The translations under genes were made by a program, and so were the position numbers. From positions 112,344,001-112,408,000 of the forward strand of contig CM069134.1 in the NCBI GenBank assembly GCA_035221665.1: a stretch of DNA of 64,000 nt, read 5' to 3'. Positions 37,048 through 49,625 of this stretch are shown here, piece by piece (positions within the stretch are counted from its first letter, which is position 1; each line of letters opens with the position of its first letter). Origin of the DNA: Okamejei kenojei. Lineage: Eukaryota. The notes under the pieces are model-generated. The model made no database searches. It saw only the letters and a program-made list of their open reading frames with translations, and was not told the origin of the DNA.

Positions 37048-37493
37048 AGAAACATAGAAAATAGGTGCAGGAGGAGGCCATTCGGCCCTTCGAGCCAGCA
37101 CCGCCATTGTTTGTGATCATGGCTGATCGTCCCCAATCAATAACCCGTGCCTGCCTTCTCCCCATATCCCTTGATTCCACTCGCCCCTAGAGTTCTATCT
37201 AACTCTCTCTTTAATCCATCCAGTGATTTGACCTCCACTGCCCTCTGTGGCAGGGAATTCCACAAATTCACAACTCTCTGGGTGAAAACGTTTTTTCTCA
37301 CCTCAGTCTTAAATGTCCTCCCCTTTATTCTAAGACTGTGGCCCCAGGTTCTGGACTCGCCCAACATTGTGAACATTTTTCCTGCATCGAGCTTTATAAT
37401 TTTATATGTTTCTATAAGATCCTCCCTCATCCTTTTAAACACCAGTGAATACAAGCCTAGTCTTTTCAATCTTTCCTCATATGACAGTCCCGC
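37048..37493 (-). mobile_element. CR1 LINE, 5'-truncated
   Basis: ORF 37137..37469 RLGLYSLVFKRMREDLIETYKI; tail present. Confidence 0.9.
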
Positions 37494-38257
37494 TTGGGAA
37501 AGACTGCTTGGGTCCTAGGATCGAGGGAGGAGGTAAATTAGTTCAAATGATTATCCTCCGAACATTTGGCTGACAGCAAGCTGTTCTCTTTCTGCAATCA
37601 ATCATAAAAATACCTAAATTGGTATAAATTGGGAGGGGTGGGGGGATCTGCCAATCAGCCATGTGTCAATTCTACTATGCAACTTTCATTTGAGTATGTT
37701 TTTAAAAAGTTTCATTTAAAAACTAAAGAAAATTATGGCTCGAACTATTTTTTGTCATAATTATTCGCACCTCAATCCACATTGACCTCTCATTATAATT
37801 GAAGCGAGTCATTAATCACTTGAAGGCGAATTAGTATATATTTGTTCAGGGCATACAGTTGAAGAGCTGTTCTATTTGTGTTCTGTTTACTTTGATTAGA
37901 ATGAGCTGAGTTTTTTTGCAACTAATATGTGGAATTTAGGTAAAGATATTATGCTTAGCCTTACTGTACTAATGCTACACAGTTTATTTTGAACAGATAT
38001 GTATCATAATTTAACCTGTGGTTAAAATAATTATGTTTTTTGTGAGATTGATGGCCGTGCAAAACTGAATATTTATGGTCATTATTTTGCAACAATGTCC
38101 GGAGTAACAGTTTAATTAGCTAAATTTTCAGAATAGTGATTTTTTTTTTTCAATGGAAATAACTTGACTTCATAAGCACTCTAATGCAATGCGTTTGATT
38201 GTACAATCAAACAAAAAAAAAGTGATAACAATCTTTTGGAAGAGTTATCAGTACAAG

Positions 38258-38560
38258 TCTAGTTCAGTTCACAGCATGGAAACAGACCCTTTGGCCCACA
38301 TAGTCCATGCTGTCCATTGATCACCGGTCACACCAGTTCCATGTTCTATCACTTTCTTATCCGCTCCCTGCACACCTGGGGCAATTTGCAGAGGCCTATT
38401 TGCCTATAAATCTCCTCTTTTTGGGGTTGTGGGTCCACCCAGAGGAAAACCATGCAGTCACCGGGAGAACATGCAAATTCCAATTCCAATAGCATCCAAA
38501 GTCAGGATCGAACCCGGGTCTCTGACACAGTGAGGCAGCAGCTCCACCAGCTGTGCAACC
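38258..38560 (-). mobile_element. HE1-like SINE (older)
   Basis: B box GGTTCGATCC on the minus strand; central domain and 3' end match the other copies. Confidence 0.8.
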
Positions 38561-39499
38561 CGATTGTGACCAAAATTAAGTTAAAGGAGGTGAGAGAGCT
38601 CGAGACGCAGAGAGATTTAGGGAGAAAATTCCAAAATATCTGGGATACAGAATAAAATTTCACTTTTAGGAAATTTATATGAAAGGATGTAAATAAGTCT
38701 TAACACATTTTTTTTCAACTCACATTTCCTGACATGTGATATGAAAATCCGATTTTTAAATGAGCACAAATATATATGACGTCATATCTGGATAGATTCA
38801 CAGGTGAGCATTGGAATTGTCAAACCTAGATTCAGTAAATGCATGAATAAGAGTTTTTGAAGAGGATCTCGTGACCCTACAACAGAGCCATGTAGTATAG
38901 TGTTTTATGAAATTGAACCTTAGTACATGGCTGCACACTTACCACAACCTGAAGAATGTGAAATATAGGCATCAGCTCCAGCAGTTTTCTTGAATAGAAA
39001 TTTTAGTATTGGGAGTTGTGCTGGTGACCAAAGGAATCACAAATTTAGCTTCAGGAAATATTTGCTCATCCTTCTATCTCAAATAAAGGACATGACTAAA
39101 CCGAGAAAGTGAATTGCCTTAAAGAAGGTGGTGAGGTCCATCATTGCACATGTGGATCTTGATGTATCGTTAAAGGATGCATCTGTGGGTTAGCAGTTAG
39201 ATGTGAAATAATGGGAGTGGCAAAGAGATCATTTCTTCGAGAACTCTAGAGGCATTGATGCACGATTGGGAAGGGAATCCATTGGAACTAATTATCTGGT
39301 TATGATTTGTACAGCACACCCCCCAATAAACAAAATCCACCCTGTCTTCAATCAGTAAGTTTAGGTGGTTAGGTTCATTCCCAAAATAGGTATGTTGTGT
39401 AGTCTTATTGGTCTTGGATGGTTAAATCGTTTAATTCTACTAATGTTCTATGGAAACTGCAAATGCAAGTTATTTGATGGAACCCACATGAAAATAGAA

Positions 39500-40187
39500 T
39501 AAATGGTGCTGGATAGACTGATGGAACTGAAGGCTGATAAATCCTCAGGGTCTGATGATCTGCATCCCAGGGTACTTAAGGAAGTGGCTCTAGAAATTGT
39601 GGATGCATTGGTGTTCATTTTCCAATGTTCTGTAGATTCAGGATCAGTTCCTCTGGATTGGAGGGTAGCTAATGTTATCTCACTTTATAAGAAAGGCGGG
39701 AGAGAGAAAACCGGGATTTATAGACATTGGTGGTGGGAAGATGCTGGAGTCAATCATAAAAGATGAAATAGCGGCACATTTGGATAGATGTAACAGGATT
39801 GGTCCAAGTCACCATGGATTTACGAAGAGGAAATCATGCTTGACTAATCTTCTGTAGTTTTTTGAGGATGTAACTAGGAAAATGGACAAGGGGGAGCCAG
39901 TGGATGTAGTGTACCTGGATTTTCAGAAAGCATTTGATAAGGTCATGCATAGGAGATTAATGGGCAGACAGGAAACAAAGAGAAGGGATTTAACGGGTCC
40001 CTTTCAGAATGGCAGGCAATGACTAGTGGGGTACCGCAAGTCTCGGTGCTGGGACCGCAGCTATTTACAATATATATTAATGATTTAGATGAAGGGATTC
40101 AAAGTAACATTAGCAAATTTGCAGATAACACAAAGCTGGGTGGCAGTGTGAACTGTGAGGAGCATGCTATGAGAATGCAGGGTGACT
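39500..40187 (+). mobile_element. CR1 RT fragment with internal deletions, truncated at both ends
   Basis: Collinear with 24497-24954 plus 25710-25995; GVPQVSVLGP, KFADNTK. Confidence 0.9.
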
Positions 40188-40760
40188 ATTTGGGGGAAAC
40201 GTTTTTCTAATCTCTTACCTTGATGGAGATATGAGTTTTTCCGTATATGTATCTCCGTCTGCACTGTGCCCTAAGTTGGAGTTGTGGAGTTGGCGGCCTT
40301 TGATGGAGATCGACCGGGAGCTCCCCCGTGGGAGCCTGCAGACTTACCATCTCAGAATTTGCGATCCCTTTGCCAGGGATCGACCTCGAAGCTCCAGCCA
40401 TGAGTGCCTGCGGGACTTTAACATCGTGGAGCCCACGGTCCCTGGATAGAAACCGATATCAGGGACCGAGCCGCAGAAGTTTCGACCGCCCCGATGCAGG
40501 AGTTTCGATCGCCCTGACGTGGGGGCTTCGACTGCTGGCTGCGGGAGCCTTGATCGCCCCGACCATGGGAGAATAAAGAGGAAGGAGATTGGACCTTATT
40601 GCCTTCCATCACAGTGAGGAACGTGGGGAATCCGCTGTGGTGAATGTTTATGTGATTTTTTGTAGTTGTGTGTCTTGTTGCTTTTTTTTAGTATGGCTGG
40701 ATGGTAATTCGAATTTCACTGTACCTTAATGTGACAATAAACTGACCTTGAAACCGTGAA
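40188..40760 (+). mobile_element. GC-rich non-coding retroposon with Rex1-like tail (unclassified)
   Basis: Shares GACTTACCAT, CCCCGACCAYGGG, a stem-loop and the AATTTCACTG...AATAAA tail with 49185-49625. Confidence 0.6.
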
Positions 40761-41149
40761 AAATCTTGAAGAAGGATGCGGGAACTGTTGCTGGCAAGTA
40801 TTGTTAAAATCCATAACAAATGATCACAATCTCCAGTTAAGGAGAACACGATGCTGATGATTTAATGTGAAATGTTGAATCTTTTGTAACTATTGTAGTG
40901 AATACTATGAAATAGTGGAGCAGGAACAGTAGATACTTTTTGAGCTCTCACTTAAAAATGTTATATACAGTAACAAAACTTGAGTAATCCGACTTGTTTG
41001 AGAGACTCTGTGCCGCGATGTGAGATTCTCTTTGTGTTGTCCTGATCTGAATTGTAATTAGGAGGACAGGTGGGCCCAAGTGAAAGCCAGATTTGGTCTG
41101 GAGGTCAAAGAAATATATCCAATAAATATCTTGACAATTTTTTACCTTA

Positions 41150-41640
41150 TATTTGCAATTCAGCATATCTCCATTGATTCTTACCAACTTCTGCAGATGC
41201 ACCATAGTTGGCATCTTAATGGGATGCATTATAGCTTAGTATGCCAACTGCTCTGCTCAGGACCGCATGAAATTACAGACAGTTGTGAATGCAGCCCAAT
41301 CCATCATGCAAAGCAACTTCCTCACCATTGACTCCATCTGTACTTCATGCTGCCTCGGGAAAGCAGCCAATATAATCAAAGACCTTTCCTACCCTTGTCA
41401 TTCCCTCTTGTTCTTTCTCTCTTCGGGCAGAAGATACAAAAGCTTGAAAGCACATACCACCAGATTCAAGAACAGCTTCTTCCCTCCTGTTACCTGCACT
41501 TTCACTGCAGCTATAACACCATATTCTGCACTCTCTTTGCATGTCCTGAAGTATTCATTTATGGTATGGTTTCCTTCGATAACATGCAAAACTAAGTTTT
41601 TCACTGTACACTTGACAACAATAAACCAATACCAATATCA
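41150..41640 (+). mobile_element. Rex1-like 3' fragment (older)
   Basis: KLQTVVNAAQSI, CLGKAANIIKD, SSGRRYKSLKAHTTRFKNSFFP. Confidence 0.85.
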
Positions 41641-42034
41641 ATTTCTGTTCATGAAAATGTTATATGCAAGCATTTCATTTAGGATACTGGATTTTATCCA
41701 GAGCCTAGGATGACTGATCTGGAAAATGAATTTGAATTATAGCAAAGCAGCTGGGAGTTTAAGTTCAGTTTATTACATTTTTAAAAAAATTAGGAAAAAA
41801 TGGTTGACATCAGTAATGTTAATCATAATTATTTCTGAAAAAACATTTGAAATCAAAATGCTAATAATTAGTAACAGTAACTGAGTTACAACAAAACATA
41901 ATCATCCATGCCCTTCAGAGAAGGAATCTCCAGTCCTTATCCAGTAAAGCCTAGTTCTAACTCAAAATATTTAAGTAGTGGTTGAATCTGAGCTGTTGTT
42001 TGTTCAGGGACTTGTTGGGTGATCATTAAATGTT

Positions 42035-42357
42035 GGTTTAGTTTTTAGTTCAGTTTTAGAGATACAGCGAGGAAACAGGCCCTTCAGCACATCGAGTCTG
42101 CACCGACCAGCGATCCCCACACATTAACAATATCCGACACACACTAGAGACAATTTACACATACACCAAGCCAATTAACCTACAAACCTGTAGGTCTTTG
42201 GAATGTGGGAGGAAACTGAAGATCTCGGAGGAAACCCATGCAGTCACAGGGAGAACGTACACACTATGTACAGATAGCACCGTAGTCGGGATTGAACCCG
42301 GGTCCCCGGCGTTGCACGCGCAGTATGGTAACAACTCTACCGTATGCAACACCGTGG
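42035..42357 (-). mobile_element. HE1-like SINE
   Basis: Collinear with 60663-60973; B box GGTTCAATCC. Confidence 0.88.
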
Positions 42358-44050
42358 TCTTGCAAACTACACCAGTATCATTTGAAAAATCAAAAATGGG
42401 AGCAAGATTAATTGGACAGCTCTTCCACACAATGAACTGCTGCGGCCTCATTCTACCATGTGTAATTTCACAATTCTGCGAAAACAGTAAACAAAATGCA
42501 AACACCAAACATTTATGTTATTAAGTACTAGTAATAATCTGAGGTTGAGGGCATTTTTATAATTTTACTATTTCAAAGTTCATTCTTCTGAGGGTAGGAT
42601 TTAGGAAGTTAAAAATATGACTGGGCCAGAACCTGTTGACAGTGAATTGTGTTTCTGGCACCAATAGTTGCAGGATGATGAAAGAGTGCTCGGGCTTATG
42701 AATGTATATGATAATTTCTCACCATGAAAATTAAATAAACGAATTAAATAAATTAAAAGTCCGATTGTTTCTCTTTATCACATAACAGGTGAAAGGAATT
42801 GTGATAGAAATAACTTTTTACTGCCTTTTACTGGTATTAAAAATGCTACTGGTGGCCACCTTAAAGTACATGCAACATTATGGCGGATATGGTAATGGAA
42901 ATTTGCCGTTACATAATTCGCAAATCATGAGCAAAAAATCTGGGATACGAAATAAATATAACCACTTTTGTTGCAGTCCACAAAGATCAAAGTCTTCGCT
43001 TGTGAGATTCACAGAACAATGTGGTTGGATTAAACACAGCATTCTGTTTTGATACCTGGAAGATCCTGTGGTTGCCAGCAGTTAACAGCAGTGATGTCTG
43101 CAACAGCCTTAAACAAAATGAGCAGCAATCTTTCAACTACAAGTATTGAAACTAAAAGAATAGATGCGAGTTTGATTGAAAGGGGTACGAAATTGCTTAC
43201 AGAGGCATCTGAGCAGGCTGGAAGAGAACAGTGCTCACAAGAGATATGTTCTTGTGTAATGAGACAACAGAAACATTGGGTCGTGGGCCACTGTGGGTAG
43301 GAGGATGCCAGGAAGGTCTGTATAAAAGAGAAATGCTACTTGAGGTTGGCATAAGATGCAATGGTACATAAAGCCTCTGAATGTTTGTGCTTTGTGGTAA
43401 ATGCTATGTTTGTCAAAGTAGATGAAGTCTATTTTCTGTTGAGTATGAAGTTTGGGTGACCTCCCTCATATAACAGTGGGCAGCAAAACTATGAGCTGGT
43501 GTGAGCATGGAATGATCTTCAGACTCCGAATTTGGGAGTGACCATGACCGTGAACTCCTTAGGTAAAGCATCCAGAGCACTTATCAGACAGAGTCTGTTT
43601 ACAGATCACAGATGTTGATGAAGGTAAAAAATACATCCTGGGTGTTGGGCCTTTAAGTAGCACAATTTAAAACGGGGATGGAATTAGTAAAGCCCAGCTG
43701 TTCTGTAGATAAATTAGAATGATTACATTTTGGATCAATGAAGTTAAAAATCTCACTGCAGATGAACCTTGGGCTTTATGCTACTGTTGACCGAATTAGG
43801 GGAACTTAGAAAGTTGCAAGGGGAAATGCAAGTCTGTTGAAAATCAAAGGGTGAACATCTTGGCAGTTAAAACATTTTTTAAAAAAAGTGCAATTGGTCT
43901 CCTTTAGATTGAGCCAGTTTACAATTGCACAAAAATATAATTTTGGAGTTTGTTGAACAGATTTCTGGGCCAGGTTCTTGTGGTCAATAATCTTGTCAAT
44001 AATCTTGTTGTCAATCATTTCTGTCAGCTGGTACAGTTAGTTATATTGTG

Positions 44051-44051
<1 letters not shown>

Positions 44052-44123
<72 letters not shown>
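44052..44123 (+). repeat. Poly-G tract (72 nt)
   Basis: Direct reading. Confidence 0.9.
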
Positions 44124-44124
<1 letters not shown>

Positions 44125-44240
44125 GTTGGGCAGATCGTATTCCTAGAAAACAGAGAGTTTAGTTTCGAGATACAGCGTGGAAACAGGTCCTTCGGCCCAC
44201 TGAGTCAGCGCCGACCAGCGATCCCGCACACTAACACTAT

Positions 44241-44292
44241 TCTAGCTATTGGAGTACGTTTTATTATATATATATAATAATATATATAAAAA

Positions 44293-44333
<41 letters not shown>

Positions 44334-47300
44334 GAACTTTGTATCGCTCTCTCTTCCAATTAATAATAATTGGTCAAGGTGGCAGAGTGAAACATATAAA
44401 AACCATCTATGGAAGCCAATAAGAATTTTTCTACCACCTGTTGGTGGCTTGTTTTTTAATTATAATAATCTTTATTTTTTGGATATTATAATATCACTTT
44501 TTGTTTGTTTAATTATCTTTTCACGACTACACTTTCTGGTCTTTCTTAAGGTTTATTCTGAAGGGAGATGCCAACAAAACTTAACAACTGGGGATGATCA
44601 TCCTTCATCTGGAGTTATAAGGTTCTTGGTTGCGCCATATGAAGTAAAGGTATTAACATGATCCATAATGCAAGACAATAAACAAAAGAAAACTGGAGGA
44701 ATCACGTTCTGTAGTTGGAATATAAGGGGCGCTAATGAACCAATTAAAAGGGGTAAGATCTTTGCCCAATTAAAAGCCTTAAAAAGTGACATTATTTTTT
44801 TTACAAGAGACACATCTGAAATATCAAACACAGATAAGATTGAAGGCAAATTGGATTGGGCAAACATACTACTCTTCATTTACTTCTAAATCTAGAGGCA
44901 CGGCTATTATCATTCGTAAAGGTATACCATTTAAATTAAAGAATACTATAGCAGATAAGAGGTATGTCATAGTTACGGGAGAAATTTATTCTACTCCACT
45001 TACTTTGATAAATATTTATGCTCCTAATTTTGACAACCCACAATTTTTTAGTAAAATTTTGGATATAATTTCAGAACTTAATCATCAAAATGTGATAATA
45101 GGGGTAGATTTGAATTGTGTTTTAGATCCATATTTGGATAAATCAGCAAAACAAAAAAGGACTAACATAAAATCTAAAACGAGTGAACTCCTAAATACAT
45201 ACATGAAAAATACTAATATAACAGATGTATGGAGAATCGCTAACCCAGTAAGTAGGGAATATTCATTTTTATTCAACAGTACATAAAACGTATTCACGTA
45301 TTGATTATTTCTTAGTGGACACAAAAACTAATTCCATATACATATAATTCTAAATATCATAATAGTATCATTTCTGATCATCCACCGTTAAACTTTTTCT
45401 TTAAAATTAGAAGGAATGCCCGATAAAAATTTGTTTTGGAGGTATAACCCCCAAATTTTAAATAACTCACAAGGTTGCACATATTTAAAAAGAGCAGATG
45501 AGATTCTTCTTTGAGACAAATGATACACCAGATATTTCACTCTCCTTATTATGGGAAACTTTTAAGGCATTTATTAGAGGAATTATAATCTCATACCAAG
45601 CTTTCCCAAAATAAAAAGAATAATACTGAACAATTGCAGTTAGAACAAGAAATTAGACAATTAGATTTAGAAAATGCCAAAGAACCAACTATTGGTAAAC
45701 ATAATAAGATAATAATACTAAATATAAATTAAATAAAATTTTATCAGCCAGAATAATGAGATTATTTCAAATTACAAAACAAGAAACTTTTGAATTTGGT
45801 GATAAACCTCATAAACTCCTAGCACGCCAACTGAAAAAAAGGGACACAGAAAATACAATTACTAAAATTAAATCAGACAAAGGGGAATTACTAACACTAC
45901 CTAAAGATCTTAATAAAAGATTTGCTCAATTTTATCAAAATTTATATACATCGAAAACTTCTGCAAATAATACTCAAATTGCAAATTTCTTAGATAACTG
46001 TAATCTTCCAAAATTAAATATAGTGAACAAGAGGCATTATGAGCTCAGATTACACTACAGGAAATAGAAGAAACAATTAGTTTGTTGAAGAATGGCAAAA
46101 CCCCAGGACCAGATGGCTTTAGTAATGAATTCTATAAAAGATTCTACAAAATATTTCTCCACGGTTGCAAGATTTATATATATATACATTTTTAAAGAAA
46201 ATAAACTACCAGAAACACTAACTGAATCAACTATTTACACTTATACCAAAAAAGGATAAAGATCTAGAAGACCCAGGCTCATATAGAGCTATTGCAACTC
46301 CTAAATACAGACCAAAAAATATTAACGAAGACCCTAGCGAGAAGATTGAGAAATATGTTAGTAAACTAATAAATCCGGACCAAACAGGGTTCATACCAAA
46401 GAGATACTCATTTAACAATTTGAGACGGTTGTCTACTATAATATACTCACATAATACTGAAGAAGAACTAGCAATTATTTCATTGGATGCAGAAAAGCTT
46501 TTGATCAAGTAGAATGGCAATATTTATTCAAAGTATTGGAAACATTTAATATGGGAGATAATTTTTATTTCATGGGTAAAAACTACTATATGATAAGCCG
46601 ACGGCTAGAATATTGACTAATAATATTTTATCCCCCAAATTCTATTTAGCAAGGGCAACAGGCAGGGGTGCGCGTTATCGCCCCGCTTTTTTGCACTAGT
46701 GATAGAGCCTTTAGCTGAAAGTATAAGAAAGCCATCCGAACATTCATGGGTATATTACCAAACACTCAAATAATAAAATTTCATTAATATGCAGACGACA
46801 TATTATTATATATTACAAATTCGCAAACTAGCATACCAAATATACTAAATTTAATAGAAGAATTTGGTTCTTTTTCAGGATATAGAATAAATTGGAACAA
46901 AAGCGAAATTATGACGATAAAACCTCAAGAGTCGACACATCTGTTGAAATTCCCTTTAAGAATTAGAACAGAAAAATGTAAATATTTGGGCATCCAAATT
47001 ACTAGGAACTATAAATCATTACTCAACGCATAACTATAGCCTTTATTAACTAAATTAAATGGGCTGATTAAATTTTGGAAGACACTGCCGATGTCATTAA
47101 TAGGCAGAATAAACGCGATAAAAATGATCTTCTTACCACAAATATTGTACCTATTTCAATCAATACCAATATACATACCTAAAAAAATCTTCAAAAAAAT
47201 TAGATTCTGATATTATAAACTTCATATGGGATTATAAATCACACAGAATTTAAAAAAAAACACTTGTGTAAATCTAAAGAATCAGGGGGACTGGCACTCC

Positions 47301-48784
47301 CTAACTTAATGTATTATTATTGGGCAGTGAATATTAAAAATATAATATACTGGTTGGACAGTTCTGCCCAACAGGCAGATTGGATAAGAATGGAGAAAGA
47401 GGATTGTTCCCCTTATAATATAGGAGCGATCCTTCTTTCTCCGATAAAACTGAACAATGCAATATACAAGAAGATTCCAATTATTCATAGTATAATACGA
47501 ATTTGGAAACAAATAAAAATTAACTTTCAAATTAAGAAAATTATCGCTTCTTTCTCCAATAGCTAATGTCAAACCATCCTTTACTGATAAAACGTTTACC
47601 CATTGGGAAAGAATAGGAATTAAAATGATGGAGATATGTATGAAATGGGAAAACTTTTATCATTCCAACAATTACAACTAAAATATAATTTGAAAAGTAA
47701 TCAATATTTCAAATACCTTCAAATTCAAGATTATTTGAAAAAGTATATACAAGGATATCAAACTTTAACCCCAGATCTACTGGAGGAAGGAATGAATAAA
47801 AAGGCAGAATCAAGCAATTTAATATCTTACTTATATAATATCATTATAAATATAGAAACACCAACGACAGAAGCAATTAGAAGAGACTGGGAACAAGAGT
47901 TATTGATAAAAATTCCGAAACGATAGATGGGATATAAAAATTTATTATATGTAAAACAAATGTTCAATGAATGTAAACATAACCTAATTCAATTTAAAAT
48001 TTTACATAGATTATATTATTTGAAAACAAGACTGAATAAAAATATTTTCAAATGTTTCCCCCATCTGCGACAAATTCTAACTCAAAATGCCACTATAGCA
48101 CATTCCTTTGTCTCTTGTACAAAACTGTATACATTTTGGAATGAAATTTTTGGAATTTTTACAAAACTATTTAACACAAAATTGAACCCCAATACTGAAT
48201 TGATTATCTTTGGATCAATGGAAGAGGGAAGTAAACTAACTATATTCTAAGAAGCTTTCTTAATTATGGTCTAATAACAGCGAAAAAACATACTTAAATT
48301 TTGGAAAAACGCACCTACGCCAACATTCAAAATGTGGATCTCAAACATGTCTGAAACGCTACATCTTGAAGAAATGAGATTCCTCTTACTAGGCAAAGTA
48401 GACCAATTCTTAAAGATTTGGTCTCCGTTTATCAACTTTATACAAGCATATGGTGCAACATGACATAACCTTAGAAATTAAATGTTTAGAACTGGGTGAC
48501 AGATGGGCAAAAATATGAGATAGGTAGATCTCTCTCCTAATCTCTCTTTTCTTTTTACTTTTTCCTTCTTTTTCAATCTTTTAACTTCTCACCTCTGTCT
48601 TTTATTTTTTTTGTTGTTTTTCTGTTTCTACTCGCTTGTCTATCTATTCCGACACTCTTTATTTCTTTTTTCTCTCACTGTTCTTTTATTATTGAACTAA
48701 AAGTATGAAGTTGTAACAAAACTTCTAACAAAAACAACAAACAAAAAAAAACTAAACCCCTGGTCTCAAATAAGAAAAAAAAGC
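44241..48784 (+). mobile_element. L1-clade LINE, 5'-truncated: pre-ORF2 region with (TA)n, complete frameshifted ORF2, 3' UTR, A-rich tail
   Basis: 10-bp TSD CTAACACTAT (44231-44240, 48785-48794); very AT-rich. Confidence 0.92.
44668..48463 (+). pseudogene. L1 ORF2 (APE endonuclease, RT, C-terminal Cys/His region), many 1-bp frameshifts
   Basis: SWNIRG, LQETH, NIYAPN, GVDLN, SRIDYFL, SDH, PGPDG, SLDAEK, RQGCALSP, YADD near 46788-46799, GGLALPNL..YYWA, HSFVSC. Confidence 0.9.
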
Positions 48785-49184
48785 CTAACACTATCCTCCA
48801 CACACTAGGGACAATTTTCTATTTTACCAAGGATCCTATTTTAAATAATTTTAAAAAAGGAAGCAATTAACCTACAACTTCACAGCTGAATGTCTTTGGA
48901 TGTTGCAACAAACCAGAGCACCCAGAGAAAACGCACGCAGCTCACGGGGAGAACGTACAAACTCCATACAGATAGCACCCAGAGTCATGATCGAACCTGG
49001 GTCTCTGGCCCTGTAAGACAGCGACTCTACCACTGTGCCTTTGTGCCACCTTCAACTAAAACTAAACTAAACTAAAACAGACTTGATGTTCCACAGCGAG
49101 AAGGCACAGCATCTGCACAGCTATCCACAAACGTGGGATGAAAAAAATGTTTAGAACACAGAACATAGAAAAGTACTGCACAGG

Positions 49185-49625
49185 AAGAGCTCCGACCTAC
49201 AACATCTTGAAGCCGCGGTCTACGGAGCTTCTAGCTGTGGGCACAGCGTGGACTTACCATCCGGAGGGGGATCCCTCGCCGGGGATCCCCGGAGAAGAGC
49301 TCCGACTGCCGGCCTGCCGCCTACAACATCCTGAAGCCGCGGTCTGCGGTAAGGAAGCACCGATTCGGGACTTACCTTCCAGACGAGAGGGCCTGTACAT
49401 TTGGCCACCCGCAGCGGCGACTGCAGAGGTTTATGGCCCCGACCACGGGGGAACAATGGAGGAGGACTGACTGTACTTTGTTCCTTCCACCACAGTGAAG
49501 AATGCTGTGGTGGATGTTTGTGTTCAATTTTTATTGTGTATTGTGTGTTCTTTTAGATTGTACCGCTGCTGGCAAGTTAATTTCACTGCACTTTATTGTG
49601 TAGGTGATGAATAAATCTGACTGAT
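49185..49625 (+). mobile_element. GC-rich non-coding retroposon with Rex1-like tail, inserted in an old CR1 3' end
   Basis: Internal tandem duplication (GAGCTCCGAC...CTACAACATC.TGAAGCCGCGGTCT twice); stem-loop 49486-49514. Confidence 0.6.

Larger units (their letters stand above)
44156..49050 (-). mobile_element. HE1-like SINE split by L1 insertion (44156-44240 and 48785-49050)
   Basis: The two halves join into one SINE across the duplicated CTAACACTAT. Confidence 0.85.

Noticed and set aside
43975-44020. Short tandem repeat (GTCAATAATCTT)x2-3
   Set aside because: Ordinary slippage duplication with no further structure.
43950-44162. Poly-glycine ORF
   Set aside because: Produced by the poly-G tract.
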